64,000 nt of DNA from Neoechinorhynchus agilis (Eukaryota; Animalia; Acanthocephala), in assembly GCA_051530055.1 (NCBI GenBank), contig CM121342.1, forward strand, positions 16,250,771-16,314,770, in the 5' to 3' direction. Positions 36,411 through 49,112 of the stretch are shown one piece after another. Within the stretch, counting starts at the first letter, position 1. Each line of letters opens with the position of its first letter. A model generated the notes under the pieces. That model did no database searches and was not told the origin of the DNA. It saw only the letters and a list, made by a program, of their open reading frames with translations. The translations under genes were made by a program, and so were the position numbers.

Positions 36411-39140
36411 GATTTCAACATGCCTTGGAAATCGTCCCGCTGACGTCTTGCATATGAGACCGTGTCTCCCCGAAGAGTCCACTATAGTGCCGCAGTGGTG
36501 GCGATGTGGGATGCAAATCGGTAGGCCTAATCTCAAGGATACTGCGATCCTGACGACTGAGTCAGCAAGGAGAGTTCCAAGTTTCCCTACATGGAGAGCA
36601 TTCGGCCACGCTCCCGATTCCTTCGGGGAACAGGCTACCAGCCGGACCTCAGACACCTCATCCAGAAGATCTTTGAAAGAGTTGTAAATCTTCTGAACAA
36701 GAGGAATGCCCAAAGACGACTGTTTGCATTCATTTGCGGGGAGCTGGTTGATGCCTGTCAATTGATGCCATTGAGATAATCCCGTGGTAGAGATCACATC
36801 CTTCAGTGATGTGCCTAAAATGGCATCGACACAGACTTTACTTGCCCGACAAGAGGAGAAGAAGACAGGCAAAGCGATGTCTGAAGTGGTGCGAGCTCCC
36901 AAACCACCATGAGCCGTGGGAAAAGTAGCCTGTCGCCAACCTGTGTCAGAAAATTTGACATTCAATATATGTCCCAGCTGCTTACGAATTACCCCGTCGA
37001 GCTCTCCTAACAATTTGTCTTCTCCGAAACATGGAGCTGCTCTTAGTTTATGAAGCAATTTTGGCATATAGAGGCAATTCTTGATCAAGAAGAGACCCTC
37101 ATGTGCCGAAAGCTCAGAAGTTCGGCGGCCGAGCACCTCCATTTTCGGGATTTGTGCGCGCAGGTCCTTCGCAACATTCTCAGCAAGAACGCAGCTCCCG
37201 AGGAGTGTGAGCTGGTTAAGGGTGATCAAACCTAGACCAGAAGCAACTGATTCAAAATCGCTAGTGATTTGGGAGCGCTCGTTTTCAGTTGCGTTCAGGA
37301 TGAGAAGTTCGCATTTTTGGGGATTTATTTCTATTCCCAAGCGGTCCTCTTCATTCACGATCCTTTGAAGGTCGCTCAAAACAACACTTGGATCGCCACA
37401 GAGTGTGGCATCGTCCAAGTACCAAGCGTTGAAAGAAGAAACCATTGAATGGGCAAGATCATTTACTGCGACGGAGAAGCCCATGGGGCCGAGTGGATCT
37501 CCCTGTCGTACACCACTCCGCGACCAAATTATTTTGTCATTGTACAGCAGTGGCATATGGTTAGCATATGCTCTCCAGAAATAAGGGTAAGCCTCTGGGA
37601 CGACATCTTCAATCGCTTTTAACATTATTTCCCTTTTTAAGGTATTGAAAGCATTTTCAAAATCTATTTTCAGAATTGTTGTTGGCTTTGTTCTTTGGGG
37701 GATAAATTTTGGCAGAGCATGCACGACCGCTTCAACTCCACAAGGAGTGCAGCAACCTAACTGACGGGGTCTTAAAAATTCTCCCATTTTATCGGAGATT
37801 CTCCTACATAAAACTTTCGCGGCTAACCTATGCAAAGTGCAGTCAATGGCGATGGGACGAATCCCACCATCTTTCTTGGACAAAGCACACAAAGAGGCAC
37901 CGATGAAAAGATGTGTAGCCAAATTGCCAACGGATCCCTCGATGAAAATATCAACTATTTTAAGCAAAGCAGTTCCGAGGGCTGTTCCCGAAGCACCTGT
38001 AGAAAAAGACATCATGTCTTTGAGGTGCTGTGGATGCAAGCCATCCGACCCGTGTCCTGAGCCATTAGCGAAGGAGGACACAGCTTTCCTTATTTCTAAA
38101 ATATTTGCTCGAAAAGCCTGAGCAGTTGGTGTAAAATTGGTGGAGTTGGACTCCGATGACGGATGCAACTTTAATAGAGCCTCAAAAGTTGTGCCATGAT
38201 TTGGCGCAAAATCTTCAGTTGAGGCTAGAAGCCGAACCGCACCGCGAACATCCCCGTCTGCGAGCTTCGCCGATACGCGTTGACCCAGTGGCCGAACTGT
38301 GCCTTGTTCACGGCTTTTGCTAGACGAATTTTCGAGAGTCGCTCAGGATTCGGTCATTCTCTTAAAATTCGCGTCGAACTCCACTAGCCTATTTTTAATG
38401 TTGGATGTCAAATTCCCCGATATTGAGTTGCTAGAGCTGAGAACAAGGCGGGGGAAAGCAAAAACTTTTACCCGATCAATATCCTCATTGTTCTCAGCAC
38501 AATGTTGCAATAGATTTGCGTATGATTGCGCCACCTGGGTTCTTGCCCCCTTGGGAATGTGCTTTAAAATTGTTGTTGGTAAAACCCGGGAAAGGGATTC
38601 CAACGATGGGGTTTCACAGTTTGGCGACAAGCTCTCGTTAGGTTTAGCCAGTCACGATAAGGATACAGGAATGCTCGGCCGAGATGGGAGAGGTAGATAC
38701 AATCAAGGACACTGGGAGCCAATGGGCCCATGCACCCCAAATAGGCCAACCTTTGTTAAATGCATTTCCCGTTCGCAGGAGGGGCAAATCGTGGGAACGT
38801 ATGGGGCATGCTGGGAGGTGCCAACTTGCATCGGCGTGGTGCGCGGTGACTTCGGAGTGGTCGGTATTTCGTCGCGTTGCGTAGAGGAAGCGGTGCTGGT
38901 GATTGATGTAGGTTTGGTCGTCACCAGGTCGTCTGTTTGGTGATCGATTTCGGTCCGAGCGAAATGAGGGGGCGGCGGTGGTGGCATCGTTGACGGCGGT
39001 CGGAAATTTTATATGTGGCTCAGCCGGTATTCTTTTGATAGATATTTTCTTTACATTCACGGCCGAATGGACACAGTCAACCGATTTCGGTTAGGGAAGC
39101 GCTGGTCGCGCTCAATGCCCCAAGACCGTACGGTTATAAG
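36410..39140 (-). mobile_element. CRE-clade-like non-LTR retrotransposon, 3'-truncated before the endonuclease
   Basis: N-terminal CPSC...HGPIGSQCP; GGIRPIAIDCTLHRLAAK; DFENAFN; GVRQGDPLGP; WYLDD; CGTIVDSSGRHGLIC knuckle. Confidence 0.8.
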
Positions 39141-39149
39141 CTTGTACAT

Positions 39150-40668
39150 AAGAACATTATTTGACCTCTAAAATGACTGTTCTTTCAAAACCAATTGTAA
39201 ATAAACAGTGTGTAAGTGAAGTGTGTATGCGAAAAGGTGAGTGTTTGTGTAAGAGTGTAAATAAGGATGAGGTTTATGAACCTCAGGTTTTCGGATGGTT
39301 TAAAACGCACGGCCAGTGCTGGAAAGATATAGAAGATCCGGGTCATCAAGATAGTATTCTGGGCAGCTTGGGAAGAGCGTCGAATATACGGCTGAGTCGG
39401 TGATGAACGCAATATATGATCCGCATGGGAGTGTTTTGTCGGAGTTGACAAAATAACTTCTACGTTGGGGAGCTTTATAGCTCACATAATCAATATCTTG
39501 GCAGCATTGGATGCTATGCCGAAATTGACAGAGCGTGTTTACATAGAATTGATCATTGGAATCTTCTGGGATTTACCGGCATATGAGATCCTTAGAAATA
39601 CGAGACGTGCTCTAGGTATAGTGAAGAGAAGGGACGTGGAGGTCGAATTTCAGCCTTCCATAATTCTAGGATTACATGCTGTTTTGAATTACCTCATTTG
39701 AGGTACATTCAATAACACATTTCTTTACCACCGACACAAGATGATGTTCGGTGTTGGATTTCTGGTCTCAATCATGGATAATATTCAGAGCCATACTTGA
39801 GGATGGACTCCTCCATGGGTAGATCATCAAGATCCTTACGGGAATTATTACGCCGGCCATTCATATAACAAAAAACCAAGACAACCAGATGTGGCGGACA
39901 TGCTGATGGTGGTCGATCCACCTGATTGTCTCCAGGAGACAGTGAATGATGCCTCCGCTATTATGTGTAGTAATCCAATGTCGCCGGCGTCAGAAAAGAT
40001 CTATCGAGCCGCAGGTTATGAACCTCCGGTTGGTGGCGTTAAGGTCCAACGCCACCAGGAGGCTTTCGAGGACGCCGAATCGTTCCTAAGAAAGTATTCT
40101 AAAAACATTTTTGAAAAATGGTGCGATGCTAAGGCGTTCGGCAAGCTTGCTGCCACTTCGAAGGACTTTCTTGCTATTACATCAGCAAGCGAGAGGTGCA
40201 TGGCAATTATGACATGGATTTTAGATCATGTCATGTCTTTTTTTTGATGTCTTGGTACTCGGGAAGAGTACAAGGAGTGGATTATCCAAACGGTAAGTTT
40301 TTGAAACTATATCAGGTTGATACAGGTAATTCTTCTTATATGAAATTTGAATCACAGGAGCAACGGCTTGCTCGGTTTGCAACTGAAAAAACTAAGATTT
40401 ATGCACATTATAGAAGGGGAAAACAGCTCCAAAAACAACTTATAGCCAGCGAGGGGTTCGCCCGTGTCATGCGTGACTTGAGGGCGATGATAATAACGAA
40501 TCGAGGTTCTTTTTTGGGTACCGAAGGTGAAGTTAGTCCCGCTGTGCTCTACGTTTATGTTGGGCCTAGAGAGGGAAAATCTGTATTGGTTGATCGTCTT
40601 TTTCATGATTTGTATTTGGCTCTGGGCGCGTTGCCCTACAGTGTATCAGTAGACAAGTATTTCTAAAA
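39150..40668 (+). pseudogene. Probable endogenous viral element: picorna-like nonstructural polyprotein fragment up to the SF3 helicase Walker A
   Basis: Broken long frame (two in-frame TGA, frameshift in a T-run near 40240) ending SPAVLYVYVGPREGKSVLVDRL; EPQ/V and EFQ/P resemble polyprotein cleavage sites. Confidence 0.5.
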
Positions 40669-40960
40669 TGGTCAGAGTCAGTTTCTAAAAACGGTCAGAA
40701 AATCCAACAAACTAAACACAAAAGGTATTTCGTGTTCAAGCCCGGACTGTACAATAATCACCCTCCTCTCCGGCACAATCTTACAGGATCCTACTGCAGA
40801 CTTAATGTGTGAGTTCTGTTGCGCACGGATACCCTCGAAATTAACCCCTAAATACTCAATCACTGAAGTACGCATGAACGCACAACTTCGAACTCAAGCC
40901 GAATCCGACACTATCATTACTGTACCGGACGCTGAATCGGCCCCTCCACCCGAACAAAAT

Positions 40961-41355
40961 TCGCCACAAACAATCGAATCAGCTTCATCCTTCATCCAAT
41001 TGACCGTTGCAAAGGATGACACTCTTGACGTGCTCTCAATGTCCGGACACTCCAAATCCTCGAACCGAAAAAGGACAAATCCTCCGGTTCAGAGATGTAT
41101 CACGCCTCCCTCAGCCCTGACTCGCCCACCGGGCTAGCCTCGAAATGCCCCACTTCATCACTCCCTCGCCACAAACAATCGAATCAGCTTCATCCTTCAT
41201 CCAATTGACCGTTGCAAAGGATGACACTCTTGACGTGCTCTCAATGTCCGGACACTCCAAATCCTCGAACCGAAAAAGGACAAATCCTCCGGTTCAGAGA
41301 TGTATCACGCCTCCCTCAGCCCTGACTCGCCCACCGGGCTAGTCGCGAAATGCCC
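40961..41355 (+). repeat. Tandem duplication, period 205 bp, in a possible LINE ORF1 remnant
   Basis: TCGCCACAAACAATCG...GGGCTAG at 40961-41137 and 41166-41342. Confidence 0.9.
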
Positions 41356-41869
41356 CCACAAGACTGCAGCGTCTTCATTTCTGGAATCCCAGAATGCCTA
41401 CATACTGATAATTCTAGCAATCTACACCACTTCCATTCAGCCCTAACTTTCTTTCACGATGATCGGATTTGATGTTACTGATTCTTGTCGGCCACGTAAA
41501 AGAAGCAGCTCCGGCGACCAGACAGCTACTGATAGTAGCCTGTCAACGTGGGGTCGGTGTGCCGCTCCACTCGGTGATGCGGCAGCGAACGGGAGCAACA
41601 AAATCCACCAGTGCAACGGGAAAAAGCGAGGGCGTCGTAGCTGTCGCCGACGACTATAGCGTCGGAATGAGCGAAACTGTCGCCGGAGGCAACGAAAGCG
41701 TCAGTCGAAGCTCATCACCGTGGTGGGTACGGACTGTTCAGGTGGCGCTGACAGCCGTGAGCCCTTTGGCCCAGCTATTTAAAATAGAAGAGGACTACGA
41801 ATCGGATCCTTGAATTGTAGGAGTCTGCGAGCGCAATGGCGTAGGGGAACCCTGGCGAAATTGGCAAGG

Positions 41870-42400
41870 GACGCCAGAATGGATCTTGTGTTTTTACAAG
41901 AATTGCGCATAAGAGGCCAGTCAGACACAGACGTAAATCAGGAGGATTAAGGAGGAGGCTGGTCATTATCTTACCTATCTGCGGACGAGGAAAGGGTGTA
42001 GGCGTTTGTTTATCACCCCGCCTCCGAAACTCAGCACTATGCAGTACTATAACTGACCGAATCCTTCGTGTCAGCATAAAGCTTCGGTCGAGAAATCTCT
42101 ATGCTTTTGGCGTATATTCATCGACCTCCTCGTCGGATGAAGAGGCGGTTGAAGGATTTTATGGAAATCTAGCCGAAGCATTAGATGATGTACCGAACAG
42201 AGACACCCTCCTAATAGCCGGTTACTTCAACGCGCTTTTACCGCATTCCGAAAGATCGCTATATGTGTATAAAGGCGAGAATCGGAACAGCCGGTACTTG
42301 GTTGAGGCGCTGGAGCGGCATGATCTCGTGTCTGCCAACACTTTATTCCGGAAGCGTTCCGTGGCGTTTGGCGACGTTTATGGGTCAAAAGAATTCGTCC
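41870..42400 (+). mobile_element. Degenerate APE endonuclease of an RTE-like LINE
   Basis: DLVFLQELR...GVGVCL...DRILRV...VYSSTSSSDEEAVEGFYGNL...LIAGYFNA...NSRYLVEALERHDLVSANTLF. Confidence 0.75.
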
Positions 42401-42479
42401 AAACATGCCATGGGAAAAAATCCCAAGAGACGCTTAGCTCAGCTTGACCAAAATCATCTTCCATATTTCCTTTAGTTTG

Positions 42480-43350
42480 TGCGGATTATATATTCTTATT
42501 TTGTGAAGCTAGAACATCTTCTATTCTAACGAATAATATAGCCAATTTTATGCATTCTTTGTCGTCGGAACTTAGGAAAGCCAATTTAGTTACAAACAAT
42601 AACAAAACTTTCTTTATTCCACTGACTAAAACTTTGGCTTCGAGGAAGCTTCTAATTAATGAATTATCTTCTAATTTCAATTTCCCTAATATCAATTTTA
42701 GATCGCATTCCAAGATTTTAGGTGTTGATTTCCCCTGTAAAAATCATAGAATTTTTATAAACTCTTCCTTTAAAAGTCTTCTGACAAAAACAGATATTTT
42801 TATCAAAAGAGCCAAAAGGTTATCAATTTCCCCACCTTTTATTTCTAAAGTGTTAAAAATATTTCTAGGGGGTTCAATATGCTTTTTCGCACGAGGCCGG
42901 CCCCCAGAAAACAGACTATCATTTTATCTTACTATGCTGAATAAGCTTAGCAGTATTCTTATTAAAAATAATATTGATACGGAACCCCTTTTTCCTTTTT
43001 AACAAGAATTTTTTTGTCTAAAATTTGGTTTTATTCTTATTGTTATTCTAGCTGTAAATATTTTAATTACAACTCCTCAATTCTTAGAATCTTTTTCAAT
43101 AAACCATCTAGTTTTTTACCCATTAATCAAACTAATATACTTAACAGGAATGAGGTAAGTGATTTTCTCATGTTATTCTCTTTTTTACAGGATCAGGACA
43201 AGAAGAGGATTATTATTACTTAAGAATTAAAAGAAGGGTTTTCGAGGCTGCTGTGAGGGGATTTAAGGGATCGTCCCACAACTCACAGCCATCTTGGGCC
43301 CGAGACATATTAGATCAAGCAAGAAAGAGGAATTAAGAGATTGATTGTGT
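42480..43350 (+). mobile_element. AT-rich LINE RT C-terminal remnant
   Basis: SKILGVDFP...KRAKRL...FFARGRPPE, homologous to the 43793-44260 remnant. Confidence 0.55.
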
Positions 43351-43699
43351 GTATGTTGTATGAGGCGTGAAATAATAATGACACACCCAACAACACCGCT
43401 GCACGTTTTTAATTCAAACTAGATGTGAGTGACGATGTCACTAACGCGATCGATGATTACTACATGCGTTCCATTCTATCCACTGTTCACCATCAGCTGC
43501 GCGTTCACTTTCGCTTTCTTCAGCTCCATCGTCATTCCCACTGTCATTGTTTTCACTGTCATTTTCATCGGATGACATCGCATCATCGCCAAGCTAGGCA
43601 TTTGATAACATCGATATCGATTTTATAATTAAGATAAGGAATTTTTTTAACTATCCGCACAACATAATCGCCCGGGTCAATAACACACTCGTTTCAAAG

Positions 43700-44330
43700 T
43701 CCTTCTTTTTCCAAGACGACCCTCTTCGAAGAACATTTTATCAGACCAAGGGCGCGCCTCAAGGCTCACTACTATCTCCAATTCTTTTTTGCTTGGTAAC
43801 ACAATATATTGTTCAAAATTGTAATGTTTGCAAAGCTATTACCCTCTACGCTGATGATATCACCGCAGTCATTAAAGAATGCAACTATTTGAGGGCAAGA
43901 AAGAAAATGGTTTCTCTCCTATCCCTTCTACCAAACGTTCTACCTCACATATGCCTCGAGCTGAATCCACTCAAATCCCAGTTATTAATAAAATCTAGGT
44001 CTAGAATCGGTAATGAATTTTTCAATCAGAAGGCGAGCCCCGCCCGATTATCAATCAACATTTTAGGATATACCTTCACCCAATATTGCTCACCCACCCG
44101 CGACCTCTTAAAGCTTAAACGCCTACTAAAGATCGCTGGCGCGAAGGCAAAACGAGCCAATCGTCTCGGTCTGAACGATAAGTCCACTCGGGTTGTTTGG
44201 AATTCCTGGGCAATCGCCGGCTTAGTTTTTTTCTAACGAGGTAGACCACCCGAACAGTGACTAACCTTTCAACGCCTATTCTTATCGAACCTTGATAGCC
44301 TCCCTTACCCTTGGACACACTCCTCTAACT
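43700..44330 (+). mobile_element. LINE RT C-terminal remnant
   Basis: GAPQGSLLSPIL...LYADDIT...LNPLKSQL...ILGYTF...F*RGRPPE. Confidence 0.7.
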
Positions 44331-44599
44331 GGGCAGAAAGGAGCTTTAAATGGATCGACTTGACTCACTGATCTGAGTAATCTCATGGTCACAGGATTTA
44401 GGTTGATAAGTAGCTCAGTTATTTAAAAATGGACTCTTGACGAATAAATCTTGTTGTTGTCTTGAAAATCCAATGATCAATTCATTATAAGAGTGTCAAA
44501 TAACGTAAACTCATAGCAACGGATCTTGTGAAATTTCAGAGTTGAAATTATGTCGGATATCGGGTCAACGTTGTCTTTCTCGTCATCGTTCTCTCTCGT

Positions 44600-46040
44600 C
44601 AACGTCCTCTAATCAATGAACGGTGAACGAGAATCGGCTAAGTATTCCGCTCTTCTTGATGTTGCGCTAAACCTTTAGTAACTACTAAGTCTTCGGTTGA
44701 ACATGTAATCATTCTAGGTGATTTCAATAATCTTCCTACATCACTATCTCTCCTTGACTTCATCAGGTTGGTAAAACTTAGTACCAGCCACTCCTCACAT
44801 CTCGATAAAAATCTTTACCGACATCCACAAATACAACGATGCTAAAAAACTACCTCCAATCTCATCCTCGGAGCATTACGCAATAATAATCTCTTCCTCC
44901 GCTTCTCCTCAACGTGTACGGTCATCCCCCTTTACGGTCTGGGACAAGAATAATCAACACATTTTCACATTTACTAAATTAGCCTTGCGTACTATCTCTT
45001 CACACAGAAAATCAATTTTTCACCAAAACCCCACGGGGCTATGTTTTCTCTAATTAATATACTCTCCTCTTGCATGATTACAGCTAGTCCTAGGAAAACC
45101 ATTTACCTTTCCAGCCGAGATCCACTTCGGATGTTCCCTTTCTTAAAAATGCTCCAAATATGGGTGGATAAAGCATGCCACGCATGCAATCCTGATTTCC
45201 CTCGCCTTCAATCCCCGCTTGCGTATCACATTTTCAACTCGCGCGAGATCTCTCTTGCACATACACTCGCATCCTCTCCCACTCACCTCTGGTGGAAAAA
45301 CATGAAAAGTGCCCTAGGTAGCGAAAGACAAAAACCCTTCTCCGACCTCTCAAACTCCGACCTCCTTGCTACACTAAACTCTATCAATGCGCAACTTTGT
45401 GGCTCTCACTCGAACACAAACAAACCATCATCCACTTCCAGATCTACATCACCTCTCTCAGCTCCTACAGCTGCACCTCCCGTGATTTCCAAGTATGATA
45501 TCCTCATGCTTCTTCGGAAAATACCACGCAAATCATCCCGTAACTCTCCCATTCCCAACTGGACTCTACGCTTTATCATTCGAGATTTAATTGATCCACC
45601 TACCCATATAATAGAACAAAGTTTCAAAACCTTAATCTTCCTTAATTGCTTTAAAACAACTCAGGTAACTTACTCCCGAAAGCAGATAGACTTATTTATA
45701 TCCATCTCAAGTTTCCGACCCATCTCTATCTTATCTTCCTTGTCTAAAATCCTAGAGAGATGCTTTAAAGCACACTTTTTGCAAATCTTCAATCGAAAGA
45801 TTTCACCCATTAAATTCGATTTCCTGCCGGGCTTTTCTTGTACGGACGCCCTTCTTTGCATCTACGATTCTCTTCTTCGTAACCTCTACGCACAACCTTT
45901 ATTCATCTCCCGACCCATCCAAATCGACATTCATAAAGCTTTTGATTCCGTCAATCACAACCTTCTCCTTGACACATGCTCTAAATTTGGTCTTGCCGCC
46001 TGGCCGATCAAATGGTTGAAATCCTTTCTAAACAATAGAT
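44600..46040 (+). mobile_element. L2/CR1-like LINE remnant (APE end plus RT start), cut at the Penelope junction
   Basis: IILGDFN; FRPISILSSLSKILE; DFLPGFSCTDAL; DIHKAFDSVNH; WLKSFLNNR. Confidence 0.75.
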
Positions 46041-47895
46041 TGTAATAAAATTCCTCCGAAATCATCTTCCTACGCTTCAGATCCTTCAAAAACTCCTCAA
46101 GTTTCTTGCTCCTATTCTTTGTGGGATCTATCTCTAGCGTTTTAAATTTTCCCGACATTCTCAGATAAGATGCGATTTTGAAATTATGATGAAGAGAGTA
46201 CCAGGAGAAATCAAAAGTCGTATCGCTGCCTGTGATACTAGGGTCATAATTGAAAACCGTCGCGGAAAACATAACATAACATCGAAGCAGCAGAAAATTC
46301 TGAAAATGCTCAAGGAAGATAGGACCATCACGATCTGCAAAGCAGATAAAGGTAGAAATCTCGTAGTGGTGAACACTGAAGATTACCAAAAACAAGGAGA
46401 TATACTACTTCAGTCGGGAAAATTTAAAACGCTAGAGATAGATCCCACAAAGAATAGGAGCAAGAAACTTGAAGAGTTTTTGAAGGATCTGAAGCGTAGG
46501 AAGATGATTTCGGAGGAATTTTATTACAAAACCAAATCCACATTGTCCTACACACCGTTTCTCTACCTGTCTCCGAAGATACATAAACCCCAACTACAAT
46601 TCCGCCCAATAATCGCAAATTACGGATCATTCAACCATAACCTTGCGCAAATGATCAATATGCAAATGAAAGTCATTGCAGAAGACGATTGGTTCTCTAA
46701 GGTCAAGGATGGAATAGAATTCTCTAAGAGAATAAGGGGAAGATGCTCAGAAGGAACCTGGCATGCCACAGCAGATGTTGAGGCGCTGTTCACGAATCTC
46801 CCTCTTATGAAGGCATCCAGGATGGCAACGAACCTTCCTGCCGAAAAGTGCACGACACCAGCGCTCCCAGCCAAGGATTGGCTAACCCTAATCCAATGGT
46901 GCACACGACAAAATGCGTTTACTTTTGAAGGAAGGGTCTTTGAACAAATACATGGAGTCGCTATGGGGTCACCGATAGCACCGGCGCTCGCGGACATCTA
47001 CATGAGGAAATGGGAGGAGAAGATAAAAGATAGGATACCCCAAATCAAGGAATGGATACGTTATGTAGATGATGTGTTCATCGTCCTTAACGAAGACCCT
47101 AGGAAATTTAACCTTTTGGAAAGGCTGAACGAAGTAGACCCAAGCATAAAGTGGACCATTCAATTTGAGGAAAACAGGAGAATTCCATTTCTTGACGTGA
47201 TGGTAAATCGAGGAAAAAGAAGAATAAACACAAGCCTCTATAGAAAGGAACATTTGAGTTGGCGATGCCCACATTGGAGAAGCCACAAATCAAGGACATA
47301 CAAAATATTGGCCGCAAAAGCACTGTATGCGAGAGCCAAACAAATATGCTCAAGTGCTTCGTGCTTCAAGGTGGAAGAAGATAAAATTACTAAAATGTTA
47401 AGAGAACAAGGATATCCTAACCAATCTATCAAACAAGCCAGGATGAAGATGTGGGGAAATATCAAAAAAGGAGATAAAAACGAATGCGTAAAAGAAAACT
47501 CGATATGGTTGGGAGGCCGCTTCATTAGCGACGTATGCACGGCGAACGTTAGGAAGGCAACCCAGGGTATTCCTAGTAGGTTTTATACCAAAGCTGGTGG
47601 AACCCTTGCGGGGTACTTCAAGAGGAAGCCAGAAAGGAAGCACGACGCAGGGGTATACGGCATACCGTGCAAAGATTGCAATGCGGTCTATATAGGTCAG
47701 ACCATCCAGGGACTGAAGAAACGCATTCAACAGCACAAATATAACGTGCGAAAAGGAGACACCGCGTCAGCGATTTTCAACCATATCTCCATACACGACC
47801 ACGATGTCAATTTTGAGGGCGCCAGGATGCTAGTGCAGGAAGAAAACCTGGAGAGGAGGTTGACAATGGAAGCCCTGATGATTAAAAAAGAAGAC
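46041..47895 (+). mobile_element. Penelope-like element (RT plus GIY-YIG), 5'-truncated, with a 116-bp inverted 5' segment
   Basis: ICKADKG, YLSPKIHK...RPII, ADVEALFTNLP, GVAMGSPIAP, RYVDD, IPFLDV, GVYGIPCKDCNAVYIGQT. Bases 46041-46156 are the reverse complement of 46413-46528. Confidence 0.92.
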
Positions 47896-49112
47896 CTCGA
47901 AGGGTATGCATCGAAGGTACTCGTAGACAGCAAAAGTGCAGCCAACTTCATTGACTCTGATTTAGTACGGCAGAACAACGCTGTCATTATTGCAATAAGG
48001 CACGGTCATTTTCAAGCTGTATGCGAGGTAAAGCTGAGAAGTAAAGGAAAAAGCATTGTGTCGACCATCGTCTCTGCGTGCTACAAAATGATATGATTCA
48101 GAACTCGAGGACTCAATCGTAGATATAGAACTCGAAGGGTATGCATCGAAGGTACTCGTAGACAGCAAAAGTGCAACCAACTTCATTGACTCTGATTTAG
48201 TACGGCAGAACAACGCTGTCATTATTGCAATAGGCACGGTCATTTTCAAGCTGTATGCGAGGTAAAGCTGAGAAGTAAAGGAAAAAGCATTGTGTCGACC
48301 ATCGTCTCAAGTGCTACAAAATGATATGATTCAGCACTCGAGGACTCAATCATAGATATAAAACTCGATGGGTATGCATCGAAGGTACTCGTAGACAGCA
48401 AAAGTGCAACCAACTTCATTGACTCTGATTTAGTACGGCAGAACAACGCTGTCATTATTGCAATAGGCACGGTCATTTTCAAGCTGTATGCGAGGTAAAG
48501 CTGAGAAGTAAAGGAAAAAGCATTGTGTCGACCATCGTCTCAAGTGCTACAAAATGATATGATTCAGCACTCGAGGACTCAATCGTAGATATAGAACTCG
48601 AAGGGTATGCATCGAAGGTACTCGTAGACAGCAAAAGTGCAACCAACTTCATTGACTTTGATTTAGTACGGCAGAACAACGCTGTCATTATTGCAATAGG
48701 CACGGTCATTTTCAAGCTGTATGCGAGGTAAAGCCGAGAAGTAAAGGAAAAAGCATAGTGTCGACCATCGTCTCAAGTGCTACAAAATGATATGATTCAG
48801 CACTCGAGGACTCAATCTTAGATATAGAACTCGATGGGTATGCATCGAAGGTACTCGTAGACAGCAAAAGTGCAACCAACTTCATTGACTCTGATTTAGT
48901 ACGGCAGAACAACGCTTGCCAAGGAGTTGCAATAGGTACTGGTCATTTTCAAGCTGTATGCGAGGTAAAAGTTGAGAAGCAAAGGAAAAGAAGTAGTGTC
49001 GACCATCGTCTCAAGTGCTACAAAACGATATGATTCAGCCTCGAGGACTCAATCATAGATATAGAACTGCCGATGGGTATGCATCGAAGGTACTCGTAGA
49101 CAGCAAAATGCA
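47896..49112 (+). repeat. Second array of the 233-bp satellite, about 5 copies
   Basis: Same monomer and orientation as 1-5111. Confidence 0.95.

Noticed and set aside
41459-41813. GC-richer overlapping ORFs
   Set aside because: Low-complexity sequence next to LINE remnants, probably ORF1 or UTR debris.
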